In this document: positions 48,513-58,599 of the stretch, piece after piece
How positions within the stretch are numbered: position 1 is the stretch's first letter
Layout of the letters: every line of letters starts with the position of its first letter
Assembly: GCA_947448795.1 (NCBI GenBank)
Contig: CANFOZ010000001.1
Span: 52,662 to 116,661, forward strand
From: Bacteroidota bacterium
GTDB taxonomy: Bacteria > Bacteroidota > Bacteroidia > AKYH767-A > JAHEYN01
Direction of reading: 5' to 3'
Length of the DNA stretch: 64,000 bases
The notes under the pieces: model-generated
Told to the model about the DNA's origin: nothing
Database searches by the model: none
The model's input: only the letters and a program-made list of their open reading frames with translations
Translations under genes and position numbers: made by a program

Positions 48513-49562
48513 ATGAAACTATCTCAATTCAAATTCCAACTTCCGGAGAGCTTGTTAGCTACGCACCCTGCCAAAGTTCGCGACGAGTCGCGTTTGATGG
48601 TGTTGCATCGTAAAACTGGCAAGATAGAGCACAAGGTTTTCAAAGATATCCTGGGCTATTTCGGTGAAAATGATTGTTTCATTCTTAATAATACCAAAGT
48701 GTTCCCGGCTCGTCTTTATGGAAATAAAGAGAAAACGGGAGCTAAAATCGAAGTTTTTTTGCTGCGCGAACTAAATAAGGAGTCCAAATTATGGGATGTG
48801 CTCGTAGATCCAGCACGTAAAATCCGTATCGGCAACAAATTGTATTTCGGCGAAGACGACAACTTGGTAGCAGAAGTAATCGATAACACCACTTCTCGTG
48901 GTCGTACTTTGCGTTTCTTATATGACGGTCCTTACGAAGAGTTTCGCAGCATCATCGAAAGCTTGGGTAATACCCCGCTTCCAAAATACATCAAGCGTAA
49001 GGCTGAGCCGATGGATAAAGAGCGTTACCAAACCGTTTATGCGAAGCACGAAGGAGCCGTTGCGGCACCAACTGCAGGTTTGCACTTTAGCCGCGAATTG
49101 CTCAAGCGTCTTGAATTGAAAGGATCAACCTTTGCAGAAGTTACCTTGCATGTAGGACTTGGTACATTCCGCACGGTAGAAGTAGAAGATTTGACCAAGC
49201 ATAAAATGGATTCCGAGCAGATGCATATCTCGCAAGAAGCATGTGCTGTTGTAAATAAAGCGATTGGCTTACGTAAAAAGGTTTGTGCAATTGGTACAAC
49301 AAGCATGCGTGCTATCGAGTCTTCTGTGTCAACCAACGGCGAATTGAAGCCGTATGATGGCTGGACCAACAAATTTGTTTTCCCTCCTTACGATTTCTCT
49401 ATCGCCAATTGTATGGTAACCAATTTCCATACACCAGAATCAACCCTTCTAATGATGGTTTCTGCCTTCGGTGGCTATGACCTTGTTATGGAAGCATATC
49501 AGAGCGCTATCAAGGAGAAATACAAGTTCTACACCTATGGTGATGCCATGTTGATTCTTTAA
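48513..49562 (+). CDS. queA: S-adenosylmethionine:tRNA ribosyltransferase-isomerase
   Basis: 349 aa. N-terminus [31 protein letters not shown], typical of QueA. Confidence 0.9.
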   Translation: MKLSQFKFQLPESLLATHPAKVRDESRLMVLHRKTGKIEHKVFKDILGYFGENDCFILNNTKVFPARLYGNKEKTGAKIEVFLLRELNKESKLWDVLVDPARKIRIGNKLYFGEDDNLVAEVIDNTTSRGRTLRFLYDGPYEEFRSIIESLGNTPLPKYIKRKAEPMDKERYQTVYAKHEGAVAAPTAGLHFSRELLKRLELKGSTFAEVTLHVGLGTFRTVEVEDLTKHKMDSEQMHISQEACAVVNKAIGLRKKVCAIGTTSMRAIESSVSTNGELKPYDGWTNKFVFPPYDFSIANCMVTNFHTPESTLLMMVSAFGGYDLVMEAYQSAIKEKYKFYTYGDAMLIL

Positions 49563-49565
49563 GCC

Positions 49566-50264
49566 ATGAAAAAATACGCTATCCTTGTTGCAGGAGGCAG
49601 CGGAATGAGGATGCAAAGCCTTGTTCCGAAGCAGTTTCTGATGCTAGACGAGCGTCCGGTGTTGTTTCATACGCTGGAAAAATTTTACAATGCAGATCTG
49701 GAAACAGATTTGATTGTGGTATTGCCTAAGCATCACATCTCCAGTTGGGAGCATCTTATAAAGGGCTACTCTTTTTCTTTACGGCACCGCATTATCGAAG
49801 GCGGTGAGACTCGTTTTCATTCTGTGAAAAACGGATTGGATGCCATTGACGGTGATGGCATTGTGGCCATACACGATGGCGTAAGGCCAATGGTGAGCGA
49901 GACTTTAATCAATTTTCTTTTTGATGAGGCCGACCGCGCAGGAAATGCGGTGCCTTGTACGCCAGTTAACGAGTCGATGCGTACTGTTTCTGGAGTAAAA
50001 AACTTCTTCACCGATCGGAGTATGTATCGCTTGATACAAACGCCGCAGGTTTTTCGTGTGAGTCAGTTAAAACGCGCCTTTGACCAACCGTACACAATGA
50101 TGTTTACCGATGAAGCGAATGTGGCCGAATCGTCTGGGTTGGAGATTAATTTAGTGCCTGGCGAAGTGCATAATATCAAGATCACTACCCGCGAGGATCT
50201 TATGATGGCCGAAGCGCTGCTTAAGAATAAAGATCAACGAAGCGAACCGAATCGCAAGGGCTAA
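49566..50264 (+). CDS. ispD: 2-C-methyl-D-erythritol 4-phosphate cytidylyltransferase
   Basis: 232 aa. N-terminus AILVAGGSGMRM...KQFL, typical of IspD. Confidence 0.8.
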   Translation: MKKYAILVAGGSGMRMQSLVPKQFLMLDERPVLFHTLEKFYNADLETDLIVVLPKHHISSWEHLIKGYSFSLRHRIIEGGETRFHSVKNGLDAIDGDGIVAIHDGVRPMVSETLINFLFDEADRAGNAVPCTPVNESMRTVSGVKNFFTDRSMYRLIQTPQVFRVSQLKRAFDQPYTMMFTDEANVAESSGLEINLVPGEVHNIKITTREDLMMAEALLKNKDQRSEPNRKG

Positions 50265-50272
50265 GTACAGAA

Positions 50273-52114
50273 TCAATTCTGTACTCCAAAGTTTTTCATC
50301 TCAATCATTCTCTTTTCCATTTCTGGTCGAGCAATTGTATCGTTGAGGTATTTTTCAATCATCAAGGAGGCGATAGGAGCAGCCCAAGCAGCGCCCCATC
50401 CACCGTTTTCAACCAATACGGCAATAGCTATCTTCGGGTTTATACGCGGGGCAAAGGCCATAAAAACGGAGTGATCTTTCCCGTGTGGGTTTTGCGCCGT
50501 TCCTGTTTTGCCACACATTTCTATGCCTGGTATCTTGGATTCTCTAGCCGTTCCGCTTTCAACAACTTTCGCCATAGCATCAACCGTGCTTTCAAAATAG
50601 GAAACATCGACTAGCGTGTTGTTTTTAATTCCAAATCGTGCTTTGAGTTCTTTGCCTGCAGCGCTGTCGCGTATGCTGCGGATAATATGCGGTGTGTAAT
50701 AATAGCCGCGATTGGCTACAATAGCCATAACATTTGCCATGTGCAAAGGTGTGCAACCCAGCTCCCCTTGACCAATGCCGAGGGAAATAATGGTATACGC
50801 GTTCCAACTTCCTTTTCCAAAGTATTTATTATAATATTTTGTGGTAGGAACATTCCCCGCCAATTCGTGAGGCAGGTCGCTGCCAAATTTCTTGCCTATA
50901 CCAAAGCTCAGTACATATTTACGCCATGCTTCGAAAGCAGCCTCGCTATTCTTATACGTGTTGTTTTCGATAATGCTTCTGAAAACGTAGGAATAGTATG
51001 AGTTACACGAATATTGTACACTGCCTATAAAATCGAGTGGTGATGGGTGGAAATGTTTTGAGCGCACTTCACAACCTGGTTTGCCGTGACCAGGAGGCCA
51101 TCCTCTCGCACACGGATAGCGTGTATCCACGTTTAATACATGTTCGTTTTTGGCGATCAGTCCATTGATGATTTTAAAGGTTGAGCCGGGTGGGTAATAA
51201 GCTTGAATGGCCCGGTTAAAAAGGGGTTTGGTGGTATCTTGCAATAAGGTCCGGTAATTCTGTGATCGAACCCGCCCAACAAGTAGGTTGGGGTCGTAAG
51301 TTGGTGCTGTCACGAGGGCTAGAATTTCGCCTGTGGATGGTTCAATGGCTACGATTCCTCCGGATTTGCCTTGCATGAGATACTCGCCGTATGCCTGCAG
51401 GTCGGCGTCGAGCGAGCAATCTAAGTCTTTACCGGCAATGGCTAGGGTATCGTACATGCCATCTTGAAAGCGTCCTTTAGGTCTGTTTAATACATCCACC
51501 AACATGATGTGCATACCGCGTACGCCGCGTAACTGTTCTTCGTAGGCGGCTTCAATACCACTCACGCCAATGTAATCGCCTTGCCTATAATACGGCTTCT
51601 TAGCCATGATGCGGTCATCTACTTCGCCGACATAGCCAAGCACATGTGCTGCAGAGAGTGTCGGGTATTTACGCAGGGTGCGGGGTTGAGCAAAAAAACC
51701 TGGAAAGCGAAACATCTTCTCTTGCAGTGTCGCATAGGTTTCCGCTGACAGTTGTTTTTCGAACAAGGAGGGCTTTACAGATGAGTAGCTTTTGGCTTTC
51801 TCGAAGCGCTTTATATAATCTTCTCGCGTGAATCCTAGAATTTTACAAAGTGACACCGTATCGATACTTTTGGCTTGCTTCGGAATGATCATCAGGTCAT
51901 ACACGGCCTCGTTGTAAACCATCAGTTTGCCTTTACGGTCATATACAAGGCCACGGGCCGCGTATTCGGTCTCGTAGCGAAGCACGTTGTTGTTTGCGCT
52001 TAGTTTGAAATGATCATCAATCACCTGTATGTAAAACAGGCGCATCAGGAAAATCAGGCCTACGACCAGAAAGATCCCAAATATGACAAACTTCCTTTCG
52101 GAGTCGGCGTTCAT
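50273..52114 (-). CDS. mrdA: Penicillin-binding protein 2 (peptidoglycan D,D-transpeptidase)
   Basis: 613 aa. N-terminal TM anchor, SxxK (STFK), SxN and KTG (GKTGTAQ). It lies directly downstream of mreD. Confidence 0.85.
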   Translation of the reverse strand: MNADSERKFVIFGIFLVVGLIFLMRLFYIQVIDDHFKLSANNNVLRYETEYAARGLVYDRKGKLMVYNEAVYDLMIIPKQAKSIDTVSLCKILGFTREDYIKRFEKAKSYSSVKPSLFEKQLSAETYATLQEKMFRFPGFFAQPRTLRKYPTLSAAHVLGYVGEVDDRIMAKKPYYRQGDYIGVSGIEAAYEEQLRGVRGMHIMLVDVLNRPKGRFQDGMYDTLAIAGKDLDCSLDADLQAYGEYLMQGKSGGIVAIEPSTGEILALVTAPTYDPNLLVGRVRSQNYRTLLQDTTKPLFNRAIQAYYPPGSTFKIINGLIAKNEHVLNVDTRYPCARGWPPGHGKPGCEVRSKHFHPSPLDFIGSVQYSCNSYYSYVFRSIIENNTYKNSEAAFEAWRKYVLSFGIGKKFGSDLPHELAGNVPTTKYYNKYFGKGSWNAYTIISLGIGQGELGCTPLHMANVMAIVANRGYYYTPHIIRSIRDSAAGKELKARFGIKNNTLVDVSYFESTVDAMAKVVESGTARESKIPGIEMCGKTGTAQNPHGKDHSVFMAFAPRINPKIAIAVLVENGGWGAAWAAPIASLMIEKYLNDTIARPEMEKRMIEMKNFGVQN

Positions 52115-52629
52115 TACTCAGATTTGGTCTTGAAAAAGAAAAACTCGGTAAGTAAAATAAGACCCACAGTCAATATCATACTTAACAACATGCGGAACAG
52201 GGTAGAGAAGAATTCGTTGAGCCGAAAAACTTCAAGGTAGAAGAGCACTGCATGATGCATAAAGACCATCAGCAGGCAGTATGTAATAAACCATCCGAAG
52301 CCCATAACTTGCAAGGATAAAGGGCGCTCTCCTTCGTAGCCATCGCGAGGCGCCATGAGTTTCAAGAGATACGGCCTGACAAAGGCAATGAGCACACAGG
52401 CTGCGGCATGAATGCCAAGGGTGTTGTTAAACATATCCACCGCTAGCCCCATTGCAAAGGCAATGGTCATGAGCAATAGGCCAGGTGTTTCTACCGGTAA
52501 AAGAAGAATAAAAAGCACATAGAGGTAAGGATTGATATACCCACTCAGTCGTATGTTGTCTAAAACAAGCACCTGTACTGCAAGCAGCAAAAAGAAACGG
52601 AAAAATTGACGCGCTAGTTTCTCAATCAT
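52114..52629 (-). CDS. mreD: Rod shape-determining protein MreD
   Basis: 171-aa polytopic membrane protein between mreC and mrdA. Confidence 0.6.
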   Translation of the reverse strand: MIEKLARQFFRFFLLLAVQVLVLDNIRLSGYINPYLYVLFILLLPVETPGLLLMTIAFAMGLAVDMFNNTLGIHAAACVLIAFVRPYLLKLMAPRDGYEGERPLSLQVMGFGWFITYCLLMVFMHHAVLFYLEVFRLNEFFSTLFRMLLSMILTVGLILLTEFFFFKTKSE

Positions 52630-53450
52630 TCCAAGTCTTTTTGAAGGGTTTTCAATTCTTCTCTAAACAAATCGTTAACCACATATACATAGGACAAGCT
52701 GCTGAAGCTTGTAGACAGTTTGACATCCACGGTATAGAAATTGTCGCCGGAGCGCACCTCAAATTTCTGAACTGTACCAATAACAATATCTTCTGGGAAG
52801 ATGGACGAGTGCGAGGTGGTTACTAGGGTGTCGCCTTTATGCAGGATTACATGCTTAGGCATGTGGGTAAGCTTAGCCATTTGCGGGTCGCCTCCTTCCC
52901 ATTCCAGATTGCCGAAATAGCTGCTTTTTTTCAGTTTAGCGCTGGTGTGAAAATCCTTGTGAAGCACAGAAATCACGGTGCAGAAGTTTTCTGAAACATC
53001 TTTCACAATGCCCGCGATGCCGTTTGCTGAGATCACCCCCATCTCGGCTTTTATGCCTTTCAAACTGCCTGCGTTAAGGGTAAGGTAGTTGTTGCGTTTT
53101 CCGGTGGTGTTGCCAATCACTTTAGCTGAAACATACGTGTATTGCTGCTTGAGAAGACTGTCATGCACGGTCATCATCACTTGCTGGTCGTTGTAAAAAG
53201 CGCCGGGAAGTAAGGATCGTAATTGGGCGTTCTCTGCAGCTAACAATTTGTTTTCGCTGCGCAGTCCAAGGTATTCAGTAACGCCGCTAACCAAGCCATT
53301 AACTCCTGCAGTGAAACTGTTTGCGGAATTAATCATCACGGTACTCTGGTATCGGTTGTTAATAACCATCAGATAGACACAGCACCCCTCGAAAATTAGG
53401 AAGAGGAGGAAGAAGTGGTATTTCCAGAGGAGTTGAAGTAGGTTGCGCAT
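52626..53450 (-). CDS. mreC: Rod shape-determining protein MreC
   Basis: 274 aa. N-terminal TM, coiled coil, then beta-rich domains. Its position after mreB supports the call. Confidence 0.7.
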   Translation of the reverse strand: MRNLLQLLWKYHFFLLFLIFEGCCVYLMVINNRYQSTVMINSANSFTAGVNGLVSGVTEYLGLRSENKLLAAENAQLRSLLPGAFYNDQQVMMTVHDSLLKQQYTYVSAKVIGNTTGKRNNYLTLNAGSLKGIKAEMGVISANGIAGIVKDVSENFCTVISVLHKDFHTSAKLKKSSYFGNLEWEGGDPQMAKLTHMPKHVILHKGDTLVTTSHSSIFPEDIVIGTVQKFEVRSGDNFYTVDVKLSTSFSSLSYVYVVNDLFREELKTLQKDLE

Positions 53451-53530
53451 CGTCGATCTTGGCCAGCTATTCTCCGGATGTTAATTTTTCAGTGAAGGAA
53501 TCGCCTTAGTGGGCGAAGATTTAGGTTAGC

Positions 53531-54553
53531 TTACGGAATAAGGAACTTGAAGCGGTCGATGTTCTTAAGTGCGATACCCGTGCCACGAACTACTGCGCGC
53601 AATGGATCTTCAGCCACATGTACAGGAAGTTTGGTTTTCATCGAGATGCGTTTATCAAGACCACGCAACAAAGCGCCACCGCCAGTGAGGTAGATGCCAG
53701 TGCGGTAGATATCAGCTGAAAGTTCAGGCGGGGTCATTTCAAGGGCCTTGAGAATAGCCTCTTCCACTTTTGATATTGATTTATCGAGGGCGTGTGCAAT
53801 CTCTGTGTACGACACGGTTATTTCTTTCGGGATACCAGTCATCAGATCGCGGCCATGTACAGCATAATCTGCAGGTGGGTTTTCTATTTCTGGAAGCGCG
53901 GCACCCACTTCGATCTTGATGCGTTCAGCAGAACGCTCTCCGATCAGGATGTTGTGCTGGCGGCGCATGTAGTCCCAAATGTCGTTGGTGAATCCGTCAC
54001 CTGCCACACGGATACTTTGGTCGCAAACGATACCTGCAAGTGCAATAACAGCAATTTCGCTAGTGCCGCCACCGATATCGATAATCATATTGCCCATAGG
54101 CTCTTCCACATCGATACCGATACCGATTGCAGCAGCCATTGGCTCATGGATTAAATACACTTCTTTAGCGCCAGCATGCTCCGCAGAGTCACGAACGGCG
54201 CGCTTTTCAACTTCGGTGATACCAGAAGGGATACAGATGACCATGCGCAGCGACGGCGTAAACAGGCGCTTGCCAGGGTTGATCATTTTAATCATCCCTT
54301 TGATCATGTGCTCAGCCGCTTCGAAATCGGCGATAACGCCATCCTTCAAAGGCCGCACCGTCTTGATGTCCTCGTGGGTTTTTCCATGCATTTGCATGGC
54401 TTGTTTTCCCACTGCAATAACCTTTCCGCTTCTGCGGTCCATGGCTACAATAGACGGCTCGTCTACTACGACTTTATCGTTGTGAATGATCAGGGTGTTT
54501 GCGGTGCCGAGGTCAATCGCAATTTCCTGTGTTAAAAAATCAAAAAATCCCAT
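53531..54553 (-). CDS. mreB: Rod shape-determining protein MreB (actin homolog)
   Basis: 340 aa with actin-fold phosphate motifs (DLGTANT, DIGGGTSE). Confidence 0.9.
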   Translation of the reverse strand: MGFFDFLTQEIAIDLGTANTLIIHNDKVVVDEPSIVAMDRRSGKVIAVGKQAMQMHGKTHEDIKTVRPLKDGVIADFEAAEHMIKGMIKMINPGKRLFTPSLRMVICIPSGITEVEKRAVRDSAEHAGAKEVYLIHEPMAAAIGIGIDVEEPMGNMIIDIGGGTSEIAVIALAGIVCDQSIRVAGDGFTNDIWDYMRRQHNILIGERSAERIKIEVGAALPEIENPPADYAVHGRDLMTGIPKEITVSYTEIAHALDKSISKVEEAILKALEMTPPELSADIYRTGIYLTGGGALLRGLDKRISMKTKLPVHVAEDPLRAVVRGTGIALKNIDRFKFLIP

Positions 54554-54686
54554 GTGCTTATGGATTTGAAAAGTTTGAATGCAAATCTGTTTTCTTGTCT
54601 TGCAAAGATAGAAAGCGCAATCTAAATTATTCCGAAATGCAAGTGTCTATAGCATGAATTTATCCACAATTTACAACGCGGTGTTA

Positions 54687-56204
54687 TTAGTGCTTAAAAT
54701 GACGCGTTCCGGTGGTTACCATGGCCAGTTGGTGAGCATCGCAGTAGGCGATAGAATCCTTGTCTTTAATGGAGCCGCCCGGTTGTATAACAGCCGTGAT
54801 GCCCGCTTGATGGGCAATCTCAACGCAGTCGGGAAAAGGGAAGAAGGCATCCGAGGCCATCACTGCTCCTTGTAAATCGAAGCCGAAGCTGCCAGCTTTG
54901 TGGATGGCTTGCTTGAGCGCATCAACGCGTGAAGTTTGTCCTACACCACTGCCAAGCAGTTGCTGGCCTTTGGCAAGAATGATGGTGTTGGATTTGCTGT
55001 GCTTCGCAATTTTATTGGCGAAAATCAGGTCGGCCAATTCCTCAGCAGTAGCGGCTTTGGTGGTGCTTTGCTTCATTTGTTCGAGACCTTCGCTGGCTTG
55101 GTCGCGGTCTTGCTCGAGGATGCCATTTAATATGGATCGATAAACTTTACCCGGCAGGCTTAGCGACTTAAGACGCAGGAGGTTTCGGTTTGTTTTTTGT
55201 TTCAGCAGCGCTAAAGCATCCGCTTCAAATCCAGGAGCGATGAGGATTTCAAAAAATAGTTTGTGAATCTCCTGTGCTGTGGCCATGTCAATAACTTGGT
55301 TGGATACCAACACTCCTCCGAAGGCAGAGACGGGATCTCCAGCCAGGGCGGCATGCCAAGCGTCCAAAAGGGAGTCGCGCGTAGCCAAGCCGCAGGCGTT
55401 GTTATGTTTGACAATAGCCACAGTAGGCGCTGTAAACTCAGCCATCAGCGTAAGGGCTGCATCAGCGTCCAAGAGGTTGTTATAGCTCAGTTCTTTGCCG
55501 TTCAGCTTTTCAAACACATCGTCAAGTTTTCCAAAAAACACACCTGCTTGGTGTGGGTTTTCTCCATAGCGCAATGTTGCTGCTGGGCCCGCATGCAAAG
55601 ACAAATCGGCAGCGCCATGAAAGTAGCGATGAATGCTACTGTCGTATGAAGAAGAGGTTAGGAATGCGCGCTCTGCAAAATGCTTCCGGTCGGCTAAGTC
55701 AGTTGCGCCATCCTTGGCTTTTAACAGTTCGAGTACGGGGGCGTAGTCTGCTGTATTGGATACGATGAGGACATCGTTGAAGTTTTTTGCGGCAGCACGA
55801 ATTAAAGAGATTCCGCCAATATCAATCTTCTCTATTATTTCGGACGCTGATGCACCTGAAGCAAGCGTTTGATCGAAGGGATACAGATCTACTATTACCA
55901 TATCAATCATTGGTATTTCGTGCGTAGCCACTTCGCTTTCGTCCGATGTGTTGCCACGGCGCGAGAGGATTCCTCCGAACACTTTTGGGTGCAAGGTTTT
56001 TACGCGTCCTCCTAAGATAGCAGGGAAGGATGTTAAGTCTTCAACGGCGATGGGTTGCAAGCCAAGTCCTTGTAAGAAATCTTGCGTTCCTCCGGTGGAA
56101 TACAAGGTCACGCCAAGAGCGCCAAGTAATCGTGCAAGGGGCTCGAGCTGATCTTTGTAATACACTGAAATCAAGGCACTGCGTATCTTTTTTCGGGTTT
56201 CCAT
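54687..56204 (-). CDS. purH: Bifunctional AICAR transformylase / IMP cyclohydrolase
   Basis: 505 aa. N-terminal MGS-like IMPCH domain (ALISVYYKD) and a C-terminal AICARFT domain. Confidence 0.9.
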   Translation of the reverse strand: METRKKIRSALISVYYKDQLEPLARLLGALGVTLYSTGGTQDFLQGLGLQPIAVEDLTSFPAILGGRVKTLHPKVFGGILSRRGNTSDESEVATHEIPMIDMVIVDLYPFDQTLASGASASEIIEKIDIGGISLIRAAAKNFNDVLIVSNTADYAPVLELLKAKDGATDLADRKHFAERAFLTSSSYDSSIHRYFHGAADLSLHAGPAATLRYGENPHQAGVFFGKLDDVFEKLNGKELSYNNLLDADAALTLMAEFTAPTVAIVKHNNACGLATRDSLLDAWHAALAGDPVSAFGGVLVSNQVIDMATAQEIHKLFFEILIAPGFEADALALLKQKTNRNLLRLKSLSLPGKVYRSILNGILEQDRDQASEGLEQMKQSTTKAATAEELADLIFANKIAKHSKSNTIILAKGQQLLGSGVGQTSRVDALKQAIHKAGSFGFDLQGAVMASDAFFPFPDCVEIAHQAGITAVIQPGGSIKDKDSIAYCDAHQLAMVTTGTRHFKH

Positions 56205-56350
56205 CGTTGTTTTTTTGTTTACGCAAGTTTATTGAAAAATCCTTGTTGTATGGTCTTTTCAATGGCTTACTTACCAACAAAAAAGAGGGAGTTGTAAACT
56301 ATTTTTTTAGCATTTCCGCACTACTCGTTGCATTGTTGTAATTTTGAGCC

Positions 56351-57601
56351 ATGTTGTTCGTCAAACTCCTAGTAGAAAGCTTCTTGTTTGCCTTGCATGC
56401 CTTGGTGGTGAATAAGCTGAGAACCTTTCTCTCCCTGCTTGGGATTACCATCGGTATATTTGCGATCATCTCGGTATTTACCGTTGTGGATGCGTTGGAG
56501 AGCAACGTGCGCAACTCCGTTGAGTCCTTGGGTGCCAATGTTATTTATGTAGAGAAATGGCCTTGGACATTTGGACCTGATTACCCCTGGTGGAAGTACA
56601 TGAATCGCCCGATTCCTTCGTATGCAGAGATGCAGGATGTGAAGCGCCGTTGCGAGCATGCAGAGGCCGTGGCCTATACGATTTCGGCAAATGGTATTTT
56701 GATGAAGTACGGCAACAACAATGTTGAGAACGGTACGATTGTGATGGCATCGCACGAGTATGACAAGATAAAAGCATTTGAACTTTCAGCGGGGCGCTAT
56801 TTTAGTTTGGCTGAGTCCGAGGCAGGCTATAATCTAGGTATTGTTGGAGCTAACATCGCCGACCAATTGTTTGAGGGACTCGATCCTGTTGGAAAAACCA
56901 TACTCGTTCGACGAGGCACGAAAGTTAAAATCATAGGTGTTTTTAAGCGTGAAGGGAATAGTATGATGGGCAACAGTTCGGATGATCAAGTGTTGCTTCC
57001 TATCAATTTTGCCCGCAAACTAATCAATGTACGCAGCGATAATTTTCAACCGCAAATACAAGTCAAAGCGGCAGCGGGCGTCAGTAACGAGGAGCTTATC
57101 GACGAATTGCGCGGCATCATGCGCAATATCCATCGCTTACATCCTAGAGAAGAGGAGGATTTTGCACTGAATGAAGCAAAAATGATTTCCCAACAGATGG
57201 AGGGGCTTTTTCAGGGCATCGGTTTTGCGGGATGGATCATCGGTGGATTCTCCATTCTCGTTGGTGGCTTTGGCATTGCCAACATCATGTTTGTGTCGGT
57301 TAAAGAACGCACAAACATCATCGGTATTCAGAAGTCGCTCGGGGCTAAGAATTACTTTATCTTGCTTCAGTTTCTTGTCGAGTCAATCGTGCTTTGTATG
57401 ATTGGCGGCAGTTTGGGCCTAGCGTTTATTTTGCTCGGCACGGTGCTGATCAATAGCTTTTTCGACATGCATGTCTACTTGACGCTGTCCAATACATTAT
57501 TGGGCTTGAGCGTGTCGGCAATCATCGGTATCATTGCCGGATTTGTGCCAGCTTGGTCTGCCTCACGCATGGATCCCGTCGAGGCAATTCGTACGAAGTA
57601 G
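56351..57601 (+). CDS. ABC transporter permease, FtsX/MacB-like
   Basis: 416 aa. TM1, then a ~230-aa periplasmic domain, then 3 C-terminal TM helices (MacB topology). No cognate ATPase gene is adjacent. Confidence 0.7.
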   Translation: MLFVKLLVESFLFALHALVVNKLRTFLSLLGITIGIFAIISVFTVVDALESNVRNSVESLGANVIYVEKWPWTFGPDYPWWKYMNRPIPSYAEMQDVKRRCEHAEAVAYTISANGILMKYGNNNVENGTIVMASHEYDKIKAFELSAGRYFSLAESEAGYNLGIVGANIADQLFEGLDPVGKTILVRRGTKVKIIGVFKREGNSMMGNSSDDQVLLPINFARKLINVRSDNFQPQIQVKAAAGVSNEELIDELRGIMRNIHRLHPREEEDFALNEAKMISQQMEGLFQGIGFAGWIIGGFSILVGGFGIANIMFVSVKERTNIIGIQKSLGAKNYFILLQFLVESIVLCMIGGSLGLAFILLGTVLINSFFDMHVYLTLSNTLLGLSVSAIIGIIAGFVPAWSASRMDPVEAIRTK

Positions 57602-57603
57602 CA

Positions 57604-58599
57604 TTAAAGCCACTTCTTCTCAAGCAAATCGCGTGTGTGGTAGGAAATGATTAGGTTGGCGCCAGCTCTTGCGAAGCCGTGCATGGTTTCCGTTACGATG
57701 CGTTGTTCATCGATCCAGCCTTTTGCCGCAGCGGCTTTCACCATCGCGTATTCACCAGAAACATTATAGCAGGCCACAGGTAAATTAGTGTTTTCGCGCA
57801 ACTTACTAATCACATCCATATAGGCCAAGGCAGGCTTCACCATAAGCACATCAGCTCCTTCTGTTTCGTCAAGCATGGCTTCGCGCATGGCTTCGCGTCC
57901 GTTTCTAAAGTCCATTTGGTACGACTTGCGATCACCCATCTGCGGGGCTGAGTCGGCAGCTTCGCGGAAGGGTCCGTAGTAGGCCGAGGCAAATTTGATG
58001 GAGTACGACATGATGGCGGTATGCTCTTGTTTATTTGCATCCATCAAGGTGCGCATTGCGCCTATGCGTCCGTCCATCATATCCGATGGCGCAACCATGT
58101 CGGCACCGGCTTGTGCGTGTGACAGCGCCATCTTCGCTAGCACTTCCACCGATTGATCATTGTGGATGTGCGGACCGTCAAGAATGCCGCAGTGTCCGTG
58201 GGTGGTATAGGCGCAAACACAGACATCGGTGATCACGTAAAGTTGGTCGCCAAACTGCTTTTTTAGTGCGCGCACGGCTGTCGAAACGATAGATTGATCG
58301 CTAAAGGAAGAACTCGCATCACTGGTTTTTTCTTCGCCTACTCCAAATAGCAGCACTTTATTCACACCAACTTTCAGGCCTTTCTCAACATTGCGCAGCA
58401 GCTCGTCGATCGAGAAATGGCTGATGCCTGGCATCGCATCGATACCGTGCACAATGTTTTTACCTGGCACCACAAAATAGGGATAGATAAACATGTCGGA
58501 GTGGATGCGCGTTTCGGCTACCAGTTCTCGTATAATTGGCGTGGATCGTAGTCTGCGAGGTCGGTGGATCATAATTTTGCGTGTAAAATGCGTATTCAA
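57604..58599 (-). CDS. hemB: Porphobilinogen synthase
   Basis: 331 aa. Schiff-base lysines and active-site context (VAPSDMMDGRIGA) are visible. Confidence 0.9.
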   Translation of the reverse strand: MNTHFTRKIMIHRPRRLRSTPIIRELVAETRIHSDMFIYPYFVVPGKNIVHGIDAMPGISHFSIDELLRNVEKGLKVGVNKVLLFGVGEEKTSDASSSFSDQSIVSTAVRALKKQFGDQLYVITDVCVCAYTTHGHCGILDGPHIHNDQSVEVLAKMALSHAQAGADMVAPSDMMDGRIGAMRTLMDANKQEHTAIMSYSIKFASAYYGPFREAADSAPQMGDRKSYQMDFRNGREAMREAMLDETEGADVLMVKPALAYMDVISKLRENTNLPVACYNVSGEYAMVKAAAAKGWIDEQRIVTETMHGFARAGANLIISYHTRDLLEKKWL